From the NCBI GenBank assembly GCA_964035575.1, contig OZ037840.1, forward strand, positions 1,736,001 through 1,800,000: a DNA stretch of 64,000 nucleotides, given 5' to 3'. The notes beneath the pieces were generated by a model. That model was not told the DNA's origin. It saw only the letters and a list, made by a program, of their open reading frames with translations, and did not search any database. The DNA comes from Rhynchopus sp. YZ270_cl-10. Taxonomy: Eukaryota. Shown here one piece after another: positions 10,889-22,831 of the stretch. The translations under genes were made by a program, and so were the position numbers. The stretch's first letter is position 1, and each line of letters starts with the position of its first letter.

Positions 10889-13800
10889 ATGATACTCGGC
10901 TTTCGTTGTGTGGTCGTGGTGTTGTTGGTGGGTGCGTGCGATGCTGGAGGGCCTCCTCCTCCTGCCGCTCCTCCTGCACCAGAGTTCTTTGGTGATGTGG
11001 CAACTACAAACGTACCAAGCTCGATCTACATGCGGCAGAACAATGTGCACATCTCTGCCGGGGACACGCTCACTCATACTATTGTTAACTCGAGCCCGCT
11101 GCAGATCGTGACGCATGATTCGCGAAGCTTTGATGGCATGTTGTGGTGCTCGCTGACAGAGTTCTATGACTCCGGGGTGAACAGAATGTTTGCAGCAATG
11201 CGCATGGCAGATGGCATCCACTACATCGTGCTCGACATCAACCCTGCGGCACCTTCGTATACTGGCGATTTGTACATGATCCCAGGGAGTCCCAACGTAA
11301 AGACGCATGTCGCGACGCAGTGCATTCGGGATATGGACCTCGTGTACATCTGTGCAGACACCGACACGTTGTACATCGTGGACACGTCTGTCCACATGAT
11401 CACGCTCTTCCCACTGCCAGGGAACTGCAAAGACATTGCAGAAGACTCGTCGCGTGCCATTCTGTACATAGCATTTGCGAATGAGGTGCGTGTGTACGAT
11501 AATATATTCCCGAAGTCGTTGTTGGAGATGACCCCAAACCGACACAACATCCCAGGGTTCGTGCGTCTCGCGCACTCACCTGCAAAGGATATGATGATGC
11601 TCTTCTCGGACTACGGCGCGCCCACGCAAGCAGTGCAGAGCTACTACTACTCAAGCGTGCTCCCGGAGGACACAGTAGAGGAGTCGACCGTGCCGCGTCT
11701 CGTCGACTTCACGTATGGCGGCCGTTGCATCCTTTACGACGAAACAAACGGCAACCTGTGGTACTATGACTACAGCAACGCCTACGTCTGGGTCAACACC
11801 GCACCAGGCGGGCTCAAGTGGGGCGACGGCCCCGCGACAGGTCCCTGGATCGACATGCACGAGCAGAAGAAGTGGCTCTTCTTCTTCTCTTCCTCCGGCG
11901 TGCAGTACTGGACCACCGACCCACCCTACTTCGGCGTCACACCAGCACCCTTCCCAGCCACACCGTCGCCGCCGACCCCATCGCCGCCAACGCCAAGTCC
12001 AGTGACACCTGCACCACCAACACCGTCTCCACCGACCCCAGCACCGCCAACGCCTGCACCACCGACCCCGTCACCGCCAACACCAAGTCCAGCAACACCT
12101 GCACCACCGACTCCTGTTCCACCAACACCTGCACCGCCGACCCCGTCACCGCCAACACCATCACCACCAACGCCAAGTCCAGTGACGCCTGCTCCACCGA
12201 CCCCTTCACCACCAACACCAAGTCCAGCCACACCCGCACCACCGACCCCGTCACCGCCAACACCAAGTCCGGCAACACCTGTACCACCGACTCCTGTTCC
12301 ACCAACACCCGCACCACCGACCCCGTCACCGCCAACACCTTCACCGCCAACGCCAAGCCCAGTGACGCCTGCTCCACCTACGCCTGTTCCAGCAACACCT
12401 GCACCACTGACACCTTCACCGCCAACACCAAGCCCAGTGTCACCTGCACCACCGACCCCGTCACCACCAACACCATCACCACCAACGCCAAGTCCAATGA
12501 CGCCTGCGCCACTGACCCCATCACCGCCAACACCAAGTCCGGCAACACCTGCACCACTGACCCCCTCACCGCTGACACCAAGTCCAGTGACACCTGCACC
12601 TGTAACACCTTCTCCCATTACGCTATCACCAGCAACACCAGCTCCACTTACACCCTCCCCGCCCACACCGAGTCCAGCAACACCTGCACCTCCAACTCCG
12701 TCGCCGGTGACTGTAGCACCACCAACACCCGCTCCAGCGACACCGTCGCCACCAACACCGAGTCCAGTAACCCCTGTGCCCCCTACACCAACACCAGTGA
12801 CACCCACCCCACCGACATTGATCCCCACACCTTCGCCACCAACGCCCGCTCCTATTTCTCCTGCGCCACCAACACTGATCCCAACACCTTCGCCACCAAC
12901 ACCTGTACCAGCAACACCAGCTCCACTGACACCCTCCCCGTCCACACCGAGCCCAGCAACACCTGCACCGCCAACTCCGTCGCCAGTGACTCCATCGCCG
13001 GCAACCCTAGCGCCACCAACACCCGCTCCACTGACGACAACACCGAGTCCAGTGACCCCTGTGCCCCCTACACCAGCACCAGTGACACCCACCCCACCGA
13101 CATTGATCCCCACACCGTCACCACCAACGCCTGCTCCTATTTCACTGGCACCACCAACACAGCCACCAACACCGTCACCACCAACGCCTGCTCCTATTTC
13201 GCTTGCGCCACCAACACAGCCACCAACACCGTCACCACCAACACCTGCTCCTATTTCACTGGCACCACCAACACAGCCACCAACACCGTCACCGCCAACA
13301 CCTGCTCCTATTTCACTGGCACCACCAACACAGCCACCAACACCGTCACCACCAACGCCTGCTCCTATTTCGCTTGCGCCACCAACACAGCCACCAACAC
13401 CGTCACCACCAACACCTGCTCCTATTTCACTGGCACCACCAACACAGCCACCAACACCGTCACCACCAACGCCTGCTCCTATTTCGCTTGCGCCACCAAC
13501 ACAGCCACCAACACCGTCACCGCCAACACCTGCTCCTATTTCACTGGCACCACCAACACAGCCACCAACACCGTCACCGCCAACACCTGCTCCTATTTCA
13601 CTGGCACCACCAACTCTGTCAGCAGCATCACCCAGCCCGCCAACGCTTTCGCCAGTCACTCCCAGCCCACCAACGCCGAGTCCAGTGACACCCATCCCAC
13701 CAACACTGACCCCCACACCTTCGCCACCAACGCCTGCTCCAGTCTCACTATCCCCACCAACACAGGTCCCTACACCTTCACCTGCAACGGCTGCACCACT

Positions 13801-16129
13801 GACGACACCGCCACTCACGTCATCACCTCCGACTTCGAGCCCGCTAACTGGCGTGCCTGCGACACTGTCACCCACGACTCCTGCACCGCTTACAGGAGCA
13901 CCAATCACTTCTGTACCAATGACTGCTGCGCCATCCACAGGAGCACCATTCACAGCAACACCGACACAGACACCCACCACTGTGCCTACAGCTGTGCCGA
14001 CTGTGCAGGCCACAGTCGTCCCCACTGCACAACCCACTGCAACACCGACACAGACGCCCACCACTGTGCCCACAGCTGTTCTGACTGTGCAGACGACAGT
14101 CGTCCCCACAGCAGCACCGACACCGCAACCCGAGACTTCTACACCACAGCCAACCACACCTGCGCCTACATACACAGATACCACCACACCGGCCACACCC
14201 ACAACTGCTGTGCCACTCACGGTCCAGCCAAGCCTGGCTCCAGAGCCGGAGACGTTCCAACCACGAGCACCACAGACTGGCGCACCACCTGAGAACAGCA
14301 CTGCGGCGCTGCCTGCATCGGCACAGAACTTGACGGGGGCGGAGGTGCATCAACCAGCACCGAACCTGCTGAAGAACGCTGCCGGTGCGGAGAAGGTGTA
14401 CGGCATTGTGTCGCACTCTGCTGGGGCGTTGGCGGTGATGACTGCGGGCATGGAGTGCCTCAATGGCGGCGAACCCGATGTCGACATCCCCTTTCTGCTG
14501 CACCCTACAGGCATCAACATCCTCGGCAGCCAACGTGCCGGCTGCGTCGTGGGCAACACTGTCCTCGTCTGCGCATGGTGTGCCATCATCGCTGGCCTCG
14601 TCTTCGTGTACTCCCTGCTCAACGGCGCCTCCTCCGAGAACTCCGTCTGGCAGGACGCAGCCTCATACCTCAGGTACCCATCCTCATGCTCGCTGGTGCC
14701 CGCCTTCTTCTTGGCAGGGACGTTAAACGCCTCACTCCAAATTCTTGTTCTCGGGGACGGTACTGCGGGGCACGCCTTCATCGCGGTGTTTGGGGCGATG
14801 CAGTGCGTTGGGTTTGTGTTTCTGAACTACCTGAAGACGCGAAGGGATGGGTTCAACTCTTCTCTGAGGGCAGTGAAGCTGCCGGCGACACGGTCGGGTG
14901 CGTGCATACGCTATATCTTCGGCTCAGAGATCTGGGAGAGCGATGCTGGCGACTGCCACTCCGAACGCATTGGTGTCGTCTTCGAGAACTTTGCGGTGCG
15001 CAGAAACGTCCGCTTCCCGTGGGTGACGCAGTACGGCCGCTACGTCCTTGTTGAGTCCATCCAGGTCCTGCTCTTTGTTGCCATCTCTGTCATCCGCGTC
15101 ACCACCTGGGGAGGCTGTGCGGCGAAGGCGTTTTCACTCTCAGCCATCTTCTTGTTCCTGACTGCCGCAACCTGGCACCAGAGGCCGTTTCTTGCGTCGT
15201 TCCTGAACCACGTTGTGCTAGCGTCGCATGCGCTCTCTGGTGTCGGGATGATGGTCTTCGGCATTGTGTTCTCGCTTGAGTCGACCAACAGCACGATGCT
15301 CTTCGTCGGGTCCAACCTGCTCTTCATTGGCATGATCCTCAGCTACATCCGTGGTGGCTACGACGGCATGACATATGCCATGGACCTCTTTAAGTTCAAC
15401 CCCAAAACCCGCTTCGAACGCTCTGCAGGCGACACCGTGCAGTACGAAGTAGACGACTCGCTCACACCACTCGGAGACACCAGCCACTCCGCACACCTCC
15501 TCGACACACAAGGCCACAAAGGATACTCCCACTCAGAGTACTCCTCAGACGACAACTCGACGTACGAATGCGCAAAGCTCAGCTTCCAAGCACCTCTCGG
15601 CGGCACCTTCACACAACACCCCCTTGGCCTGCCTTCACGGAGAACCGTCAGTCCCCTGGGAGGCTGCTCTTCGGCGGTGTCGGCACGCTCCATTTCACCG
15701 CCCTGTGGAAAGCCTGGTGTGGCGATGGGGGTGCCTCCGAGGATGCCGAGGAGGCGGGCTAGTATATTCTCGGATAGTGGTAGTGACACTTCAGATGATG
15801 TTGTCGGGTTGTCGGACCAGCCAAAGTCGGTGAGTACGGCGACGTTGCTGGGCATTGAGCGGACAGGGTCGACAAGAAAGCGCGCGGGAACCCCGAACAC
15901 TGCTCTGTCCTCACCCACCCCGGCCCCGTTGGTGCCGAGACGTGGCAGCCTCACATCAACCGTCATGCCGCCTAGCGCGGTCCGCTCCGTAGGGCGTAGG
16001 GGTTCATCGCATTCAGTCCTGCCCCTCACAAGGAGTGACTCCTGTCACTCCCAGGGTTCCCCACCGGGCAGAAGTATCAGCAGACGATACAGCGAACGGC
16101 TTCCTCCACTGACGGAGGTGCGACAGTGA
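10889..16129 (+). CDS. Large surface protein: signal peptide, globular N-terminal domain, extensin-like ([10 protein letters not shown])n stalk, bodonin/DGF-1-like multipass TM domain, Ser/Arg-rich tail
   Basis: ATG at 10889 begins [19 protein letters not shown]. About 700 aa of Pro/Thr repeats, then [21 protein letters not shown] and multiple hydrophobic helices. Paralogous to 6517-8454 ([10 protein letters not shown] / [19 protein letters not shown]). Confidence 0.9.
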   Translation: MILGFRCVVVVLLVGACDAGGPPPPAAPPAPEFFGDVATTNVPSSIYMRQNNVHISAGDTLTHTIVNSSPLQIVTHDSRSFDGMLWCSLTEFYDSGVNRMFAAMRMADGIHYIVLDINPAAPSYTGDLYMIPGSPNVKTHVATQCIRDMDLVYICADTDTLYIVDTSVHMITLFPLPGNCKDIAEDSSRAILYIAFANEVRVYDNIFPKSLLEMTPNRHNIPGFVRLAHSPAKDMMMLFSDYGAPTQAVQSYYYSSVLPEDTVEESTVPRLVDFTYGGRCILYDETNGNLWYYDYSNAYVWVNTAPGGLKWGDGPATGPWIDMHEQKKWLFFFSSSGVQYWTTDPPYFGVTPAPFPATPSPPTPSPPTPSPVTPAPPTPSPPTPAPPTPAPPTPSPPTPSPATPAPPTPVPPTPAPPTPSPPTPSPPTPSPVTPAPPTPSPPTPSPATPAPPTPSPPTPSPATPVPPTPVPPTPAPPTPSPPTPSPPTPSPVTPAPPTPVPATPAPLTPSPPTPSPVSPAPPTPSPPTPSPPTPSPMTPAPLTPSPPTPSPATPAPLTPSPLTPSPVTPAPVTPSPITLSPATPAPLTPSPPTPSPATPAPPTPSPVTVAPPTPAPATPSPPTPSPVTPVPPTPTPVTPTPPTLIPTPSPPTPAPISPAPPTLIPTPSPPTPVPATPAPLTPSPSTPSPATPAPPTPSPVTPSPATLAPPTPAPLTTTPSPVTPVPPTPAPVTPTPPTLIPTPSPPTPAPISLAPPTQPPTPSPPTPAPISLAPPTQPPTPSPPTPAPISLAPPTQPPTPSPPTPAPISLAPPTQPPTPSPPTPAPISLAPPTQPPTPSPPTPAPISLAPPTQPPTPSPPTPAPISLAPPTQPPTPSPPTPAPISLAPPTQPPTPSPPTPAPISLAPPTLSAASPSPPTLSPVTPSPPTPSPVTPIPPTLTPTPSPPTPAPVSLSPPTQVPTPSPATAAPLTTPPLTSSPPTSSPLTGVPATLSPTTPAPLTGAPITSVPMTAAPSTGAPFTATPTQTPTTVPTAVPTVQATVVPTAQPTATPTQTPTTVPTAVLTVQTTVVPTAAPTPQPETSTPQPTTPAPTYTDTTTPATPTTAVPLTVQPSLAPEPETFQPRAPQTGAPPENSTAALPASAQNLTGAEVHQPAPNLLKNAAGAEKVYGIVSHSAGALAVMTAGMECLNGGEPDVDIPFLLHPTGINILGSQRAGCVVGNTVLVCAWCAIIAGLVFVYSLLNGASSENSVWQDAASYLRYPSSCSLVPAFFLAGTLNASLQILVLGDGTAGHAFIAVFGAMQCVGFVFLNYLKTRRDGFNSSLRAVKLPATRSGACIRYIFGSEIWESDAGDCHSERIGVVFENFAVRRNVRFPWVTQYGRYVLVESIQVLLFVAISVIRVTTWGGCAAKAFSLSAIFLFLTAATWHQRPFLASFLNHVVLASHALSGVGMMVFGIVFSLESTNSTMLFVGSNLLFIGMILSYIRGGYDGMTYAMDLFKFNPKTRFERSAGDTVQYEVDDSLTPLGDTSHSAHLLDTQGHKGYSHSEYSSDDNSTYECAKLSFQAPLGGTFTQHPLGLPSRRTVSPLGGCSSAVSARSISPPCGKPGVAMGVPPRMPRRRASIFSDSGSDTSDDVVGLSDQPKSVSTATLLGIERTGSTRKRAGTPNTALSSPTPAPLVPRRGSLTSTVMPPSAVRSVGRRGSSHSVLPLTRSDSCHSQGSPPGRSISRRYSERLPPLTEVRQ
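11935..13790 (+). repeat. Coding 15-bp (5-aa) repeat with a 57-bp higher-order unit ([19 protein letters not shown]) at about 13110-13610
   Basis: Visible in both DNA and translation. Confidence 0.9.
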
Positions 16130-18065
16130 TGAAAGGGGGAGGGGGGGAGGTGAAGCGAGAGAGGGGTTTGAAAAAAAATAATAAATCAGAGGTGTTCTGA
16201 ATATCGCGAAGTAGTTCGCGTGATGTGGATGCCTCTGAGGGAAGGGCAAAAAAAAAAGAAATAAAATGCCCCCAGATGAAGCTAAAAAACTTAAAAAAAA
16301 ACTCTAAAAAAAACTCTAAAAAAGGGAAATACCACTCCTTCTTTTAGGGGAATAGAAATATGCGCTTTTTGTTACTTTTCTTTAGATGTAAACCACAAAA
16401 TGGATGTAGGTCTGCATGGTTGGGTGTCAACCCCGGTACAGCCGGTCCTTGTACCAAAAGGTACACTGTTCACGCGAGGGCTTTGTATTTGAACTCTACT
16501 TTCTACGGCTTCATTTTGAGCGTTTTTTTTTTGTTAGTTGTGAACCGCCTCCGTTCTCTTACGGTACGGACCACTCACTTCCCACCCCTTAGAGATCGGT
16601 ACGCTTCAGGTTCATCTTTTCAAGTTTACAACCAAAAATAAAAACAGAAAATGACAAGAGCAGCAAAAATTAATAATAACTTCATCCACGCCCATTCAAC
16701 CCCCGCCCTTTTTTTTTTTTTTTTTTTTTGAGAATATCGTGATACACTCATCTGACCCATCTTTCCTCAGCAAAGGAGGTGGAAAGGTGGTTTGTGTTTG
16801 ATAACTAATAGGGGGTAATTCATCGCGCAGAATATGGCCCCAGGTGGGTTGTGTTTGTGCAGTAGCTGGAAAGGGAGTTTTTTTTAGACAATAAAAGCGC
16901 TTTTTTGCACGGTTTCACACCCCCGTTTCAGGCACACCAAATAATTAGTTTTTATTTATTTACACACTTTGTTGGGCGTCAGGCGGGCTGCTAAACTATC
17001 AGTAAGATTTTCTTTTTTTTTCTTTTTGCGATGTCACACAAACAAAAAATGAGGTGATCCAGTCTCACGCCTTTTCACACATTTTCACATGGTTTCACGG
17101 TGTGAAAAAGTGTGTACGAAAGTGAAAAAAAAACTGCTTCACGCACTCTGAGTGGATTCCTCCAGGAAAAAAACTTGGTGTTTTCACATGGTTTCACACA
17201 TTTTCACTTGTTTACGTTTTCACGGTGTGAATTCTCCCACCTGGTGGGATTCCTCGGCGATTGTCGACACAACAAAAAAAAAAAAAACACCATTCCCACC
17301 CCCTCCTCTTCCCCCCTTTCCACACATCTTTACACTATTTTTCCGTTCTGTTTGGTTTGGTTACTCTCGTTCGTTATTTTGGGTGGGGGAGAGGAGTGAA
17401 GAGCCTCCTATCGGCCAGCAGGTAGGACAATTTATCAATCCTGTTCCCTCAAAAAAAGGCGCTTTTTTTTTTCCTTTGCGCCAGTGATGTGGCTGAAAAG
17501 CAGCTATTTTGCCTCCACTTTAAGTCCGCAAAAGTGTAAATTTTCTGGGCTCGGCCACACCAGGCCTAATAATCCTTTTTTTTTGAAAGATGCATGTGCA
17601 CAAGAGGTACATTCATCTTGCACGCTTTGTTTTTTGTTTTGTTTTTTTTGGTTAGGTGAGTTCCCTTTCACAGTAGAACAAAAGCTTGGCAAGTTTTTTT
17701 TTTTGTTGCATGAGCACCACCGAGCTGCGTTTATAGCACGTTTCGACTACGTTTTTTTCTTTACTTTGAGATCTGTTCCAGCTTGTTTTTTTTTGTGTTT
17801 TGTGTTTTGTAGTAATTGTGCTTGGTTTGGACCTGACACAGACCAGGTGCATGGCTTGTTGCCGTTACCGGGGTTTTTGAAGATTTTTTTTTTTTTGATT
17901 TTTTTAGCCATGATCTGCATTTGTGAGGCACATTCATGTTTTCAAGCGTGCTTCTTTTTGCAGGTTCGCAGTTGTGGAAGAGTCTTCAAGAGCGTGAGGA
18001 GCGAGAGGGGGTCCTCTTTTTCGATTTTTTTATTTTCCGCTATTTTTTTGTTGAAATAATGGCAG

Positions 18066-18936
18066 AAGGGGGGGAGTTCCCTAAGAACCCCCCTGTCCTC
18101 TACGATTTTTCAAAAAGGACGAAAAAGGACGAAAAAGGACAAAAAAGGACGAAAAAGGACGAAAAGGGACATTGGTAATAATGTACAGTGACTAAGTTAC
18201 TCCTCACGTTCCTGGTACAAAGAATCGTCTCACAACCCACTGATAGTTGACACCTGCGTTTTTAAGTTTACAAAAAGTAATAAAACACTCCACTGCTTTT
18301 TCTGCCTGATCCATGAGCGTCTTTGGATTGAAAGCCTCAAGGCACTTTCCAAAACCCCACGAGGGACCTTGCCTTATTTATCAGGGTGTAGCAGGTAGGG
18401 GACAAGATGGTGGCAAGAACACAGCGGCCGGTTTCCAGGTTGTACTTCTCTCGTTCATCTCCGGACTTCTTGCATTTTTTGTGCCCAGCAACTTCCCCTT
18501 CAGGTGCAGGTCAGGTATTGAACACCTGTTTCAAAGCCCAGAACATTGGAAGAATGTGGACAATCCTCGCGGAGTCTTGTTCCATGTACCTGATGTCTTC
18601 TGTCGTAGAGCACTTCTGCACAAACGGGAACCTCTCCCAAAAACTGAGATCCCCGCACTTCTGGAGAGCGGGAAGCTGGTTGTGGATAGGTGGCATGTTT
18701 TCAAAACATTTCGCCTAATACAAGGGATTCGACTTTTTCCCAAGAAAATATTATTTGGGGGGATTTTTTTTTTTCGGGTGAACCGGTGATTTTCCTGGTG
18801 ATTTTCCTGTACACCTTACACCACCGTCCTTTTTTGTCCTTTTTCGTCCTTTTTCCCGGATCGAAAAAGGACGAAAAAGACGAAAAAGACGTAGAGGACG
18901 AAAAAGGACAAGGGGTATTCTTAGAGTTCCCCTCTT
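18066..18936 (-). mobile_element. Decayed DNA transposon with (AAAAGGACG)n subterminal repeats and a possible hAT transposase remnant
   Basis: Degenerate inverted ends (GGGAGTTCCCTAAGAACCCCCCTGTCCT / AGGACAAGGGGTATTCTTAGAGTTCCCC). Minus-strand fragments YMEQDSARIVHILPMFWALKQVF and VLATILSP resemble hAT helical and AxxLDP motifs. Confidence 0.45.
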
Positions 18937-19336
18937 TTATTTTGTTTGTGTGACTGCTGAACTGCTTGAGCTTCATGCAAAGGGACTTCAGTTATACAGA
19001 TTCCGTCACACGAAAGTGTCGATCCGATCATCGGGCCTGCGTCCGCTGGAGTCTAGTGAGGCTTTTTTTTTTTGCACGTTCAACTTCACTTTCTTTCCCT
19101 TCATTGGTGCTTAGGCACGTCCCCATTCCCATGCATGCCGAAAGAGACAACCACTAGTCGCAAGCTTGCGTAATCGCAAATTACGGCAGATCACTCTTTT
19201 CGAATCCGAACAAATTTTTTTTGCCCGCAGTTTCATCTGTTGCCTGAAATATCTCACCTTTCCCTTTAGATATGATTTAAGCATTAGTAGCTTAGGTTCA
19301 TCTTACAAAACATTTTTTGTCTTCTTTTTTTTTTAA

Positions 19337-19425
19337 CCACCTGATTTTTACCCCGCGTATGGGCGCGTTTTGGACTGTTTTGGATCATATTAACGCGCCT
19401 GATACGCGGGGTAACAATCAGGTGG
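19337..19425. mobile_element. MITE with TIR CCACCTGATTTTTACCCCGCGTA
   Basis: Inverted ends; same family as 34473-34650. Confidence 0.65.
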
Positions 19426-20414
19426 CAAAAGAGGCGTTTTCACTATCAACTTCTGTCTCTCTTTCTCTCCTCGACTGTGTTTCATTTCAGGATTTGCCAC
19501 CCGAGATTACAAATGTGCCTGCAAACAAAGAAGTCTTGCACGTTTTTTTTAATTGCTTTTCATTACACTACACCTACTATCAATTTACTCTTAGGCCCCC
19601 CACTTAGTTCATCTTGTACCCTTCGTCTTTGGGCATGTTCTCTCAGGTCCTCTCAGTTCATGAGAGAGTTCAAGTGACGTTCAGTCTTGGTTGTTTTGCT
19701 TCTGCTTTTAGGGCGACTTTTAGTGTCGTTTTTTTTAAATGTTTTAGATATCCCCATCCACCAGAGAGGCTTCGGAGGGGCCAAGCTTTCTTCTTTTTTT
19801 ATTTCCGGTTCGTTTCGATGTGTCCACAAGGCTTTCATCATTGCTCGGTAGTTATACATATTTTTTGCCCCCGACATGCGCTCTTTTCGTTAAGAAAAGA
19901 AAGTGAAAATTAGTGTTTAAATTTTGTTCCTCCACCACCAACCCAGCGTACACAGTAACAGAAGATGACAAAAAAAAAAAGTGTTGCAGTACGAGAGAAA
20001 AAAAAAATGGGAGGTGTGTTTTGGTGTGGATGAATGGGTGCAAAAAAATACGCAAAGAAGTGCGCATCACCCCCCACTTCAGCCACACCAGCGTTTCCTT
20101 TGCGTCACGTTTGTCGTGTGTCACAAAGAGGGAATTTTTGTATTACTATCAATTTATTGATTGCATATGATGAAAATAGTATTTCAAGTTTTCGGTTTTT
20201 ATATTTTGTGTGGATGCGCATTGCACGCGATTCACGCGATGCAATGGTTCATCCTTTTTAACTTTCCTTTTGTACTCAGGTAGCTACGTGCCGGCTGAAG
20301 GCAAACAAAACATACAATGGTGCGTGACATTCTTTTTGTCTTTCTTTCGAGAGTAGTACATATTTGTTTGCCCGCGAGGCTCATTCAATTTCCAAGTTTT
20401 TTTTATGCACACTA

Positions 20415-21818
20415 CAGTGTGACACAGAATTAATGGCCGATGAAGACATTTTATAAAAAAACGGCAAATTTTGACAAGGACATATTCAAAACACCCCCAA
20501 AACATAAAATATTTACGCCCAGGAACACAATAAAAGCAAAAATATAATGGTTAAGGGTAAAGTGAACACTGAGGCCACGAGGGAAGGGTTGCGCCTACAG
20601 GCAGCGTCGCTAGTCGTTGTTGGCGGTAAGAGCCATGATGAGGTGGCGGAGTTGCTGAACGTTGCGAAGAGGAGTTTGGGTAGGTGGGTGAAGGAGTACC
20701 GCGCTGGAGAGCGGAATTTTTCGGACAAGCCAGGGAGGGGACGCAAGAGATCGGCCACCACCGACACCGTTAAGAATAGGGTGGTTAGACACATGCGGGG
20801 CAAGCGGTTTCAGTCTTGCAGGAAAGTAGCGTCGCGACTACAGATTTCGAGGGAGAGTGTCCGCAGGTGCCTGAAGGAGAAGGGGCTGAAGCCCGTTCAA
20901 ACGAAGAGCAAACCAAAGCTCTCGGAAAAGAACATCACTGCCCGGATAGAGTTTGCTGAAACGCATCGAAACACCGACTGGTCAAAGGTGATGTTCACCG
21001 ATGAAAAAGACTTTTGGCTTTTTTCTCGGGTGAGCAAGAAGAACGATGTTGTCTGGGTTGCAGATGGTGATGAGCCGCCCCCAACCGTTGATAAGGTCAG
21101 GGCTACGCAGAAGGTTCACGTCTGGGGAGGAATCACCACCAGAGGTAAGACGAAGCTCTATTTCTATGACGGTGCTCTCAATGCAGAGAAGTACCGTACG
21201 CTCGTCTTACAGAAAGCGCTCAAAGAAATAAAAGAACTCCTGCCTGACAGTAGCTACACGTTTCAGCAGGATGGGGCACCCTGCCACACTGCGAACGTTA
21301 CTCAAGCATTCCTCTCCTCCCAACCTTTCTCGTTCCTCCCTAAAGCTGACTGGCCAGGCAACTCCCCTGATCTCAATCCTATTGAGAACCTGTGGGCCAA
21401 GCTGCAGACTGCAGTCAACGAACGGGAGCCCAAAGACGTGTCAGCACTTAAACGTGCCATCAACAAGGAATGGTCCAAGATGGACAATAGCTTCGTTGCA
21501 CGTTACATCATGTCAATGCCACGACGCCTAGACGCAGTTCGCAATTCCAACGGAATGCACACAAAATACTAATGCATGCTCTATTTATTTTTGTGCACCC
21601 ACTCGTTTGTACTGCTACACTGTATTTTTTTTTTTTACACATACACCCTTTTTTACCAAAAAGGGATATTTCCATGTTAATATTTTCCCCACACACACAC
21701 TTTTCATACACGGCCAGTTGAAAATGCAATGAAATGAGTCAAATTTTGCCTATTTTTTAGAATAATATAACAATTTTTACAAAATGTCGTCATCGGCCAT
21801 TAATTCTGTGTCACACTG
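20415..21818 (+). mobile_element. Complete Tc1/mariner-superfamily transposon (DD37E)
   Basis: TIR CAGTGTGACACAGAATTAATGGCCGATGA / TCATCGGCCATTAATTCTGTGTCACACTG, TA TSD at 20413-20414 and 21819-21820, intact transposase ORF. Confidence 0.97.
20547..21572 (+). CDS. Tc1-like DDE transposase, 341 aa
   Basis: N-terminal HTH, GRGRKR motif, WSKVMFTDEK, VHVWGGI, FQQDGAPCH, WPGNSPDLNPIENLW. 37 residues lie between the second D and the E. Confidence 0.97.
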   Translation: MVKGKVNTEATREGLRLQAASLVVVGGKSHDEVAELLNVAKRSLGRWVKEYRAGERNFSDKPGRGRKRSATTDTVKNRVVRHMRGKRFQSCRKVASRLQISRESVRRCLKEKGLKPVQTKSKPKLSEKNITARIEFAETHRNTDWSKVMFTDEKDFWLFSRVSKKNDVVWVADGDEPPPTVDKVRATQKVHVWGGITTRGKTKLYFYDGALNAEKYRTLVLQKALKEIKELLPDSSYTFQQDGAPCHTANVTQAFLSSQPFSFLPKADWPGNSPDLNPIENLWAKLQTAVNEREPKDVSALKRAINKEWSKMDNSFVARYIMSMPRRLDAVRNSNGMHTKY

Positions 21819-22831
21819 TACTTTGTGAGCGGAAAGTGTCAACGTCGTTCACTCAACCCAACTGTGCTCCGCAACACCACCCAACAAGGTGAGAGATAGT
21901 GTAGAATTGTCAACGCATCAGCAGAACTACAAGAAAGGGGGGTGAGGGAACGGCAACGTGACACTATTCTCTCTTTTTTTGATAAAACAACTTGTTGTCA
22001 ATTCTAAAAAGATTGGAGGCAGCGCTGCAGGGCAAACAAAACGGATTGAAAAAAAACAGAAGCTTGCTTGTTTTCTTTGAGTACTCAATTAACCACAACA
22101 ACCGTACTTCAGTTTAACACATTTTTTCACCTTTTTGTTTACCCGGCTTTGAGCGCACAAACAAAAGACCCGATCTTTTTCGGAAAGTTTTATCAATTTA
22201 AACTCTTCCTTTTTTGATGATAATATTCATTTCCTCTCTTGGCACTGCTTCATAACGCACTACCATTTTTCAATTCCCATTTACATTTCAAGGCTACAAA
22301 AAAAGGAACACTGTGCATTTACCATCCATTTCTTTTTTGCTTTTTTTCTTCCCCCGTTCGTTTTTTTTCTCTTTTATTTTGTGCTTTCATCGAGGGCTGG
22401 CATACGTGGGTCAGTCAGAGGTGCCTGCATCAACAACAGTTTTTTTTATTTTCATTTTTTCATATTTTTCTTCTTTCCTGCTCCTCTTTTCAAACGATGA
22501 AATATTGCGTTTAATAACACATTTCCCTCCCTTCACACAATACTCCCTCTTCTGAAATTGAGGGTATATCGACTAATAAAAAGACTGCCCTATATTTGTA
22601 ATCCTCTCCTCTCTCCTCCCCTTCCCCCTCCTCATTGTCTCTTCTCCATATTCTCATTCTTTAGACACACCATACAGAAAGATGGGAACATTTTTGTTGA
22701 TCCCTCACCATATACTATCAATTTATTGATTGCATATGAGGAAATTTCATTTTACCTCCCCCATCGTCACCAATTCAACAGATTCCAAAAAAAAAAAGCA
22801 AAGGGTCCATTTTGCAAATCCCTCAAAAAAA

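Noticed and set aside
11818..14301. 824-aa alternative-frame ORF and 791-aa antisense Gly/Val ORF
   Set aside because: Shadows of the stop-poor Pro/Thr repeat in the real gene.
22730..22831. N-terminal ORF extensions (also 10823-10888 and 48330-48425)
   Set aside because: Low-complexity upstream sequence; signal peptides and paralog similarity begin at the downstream ATGs.
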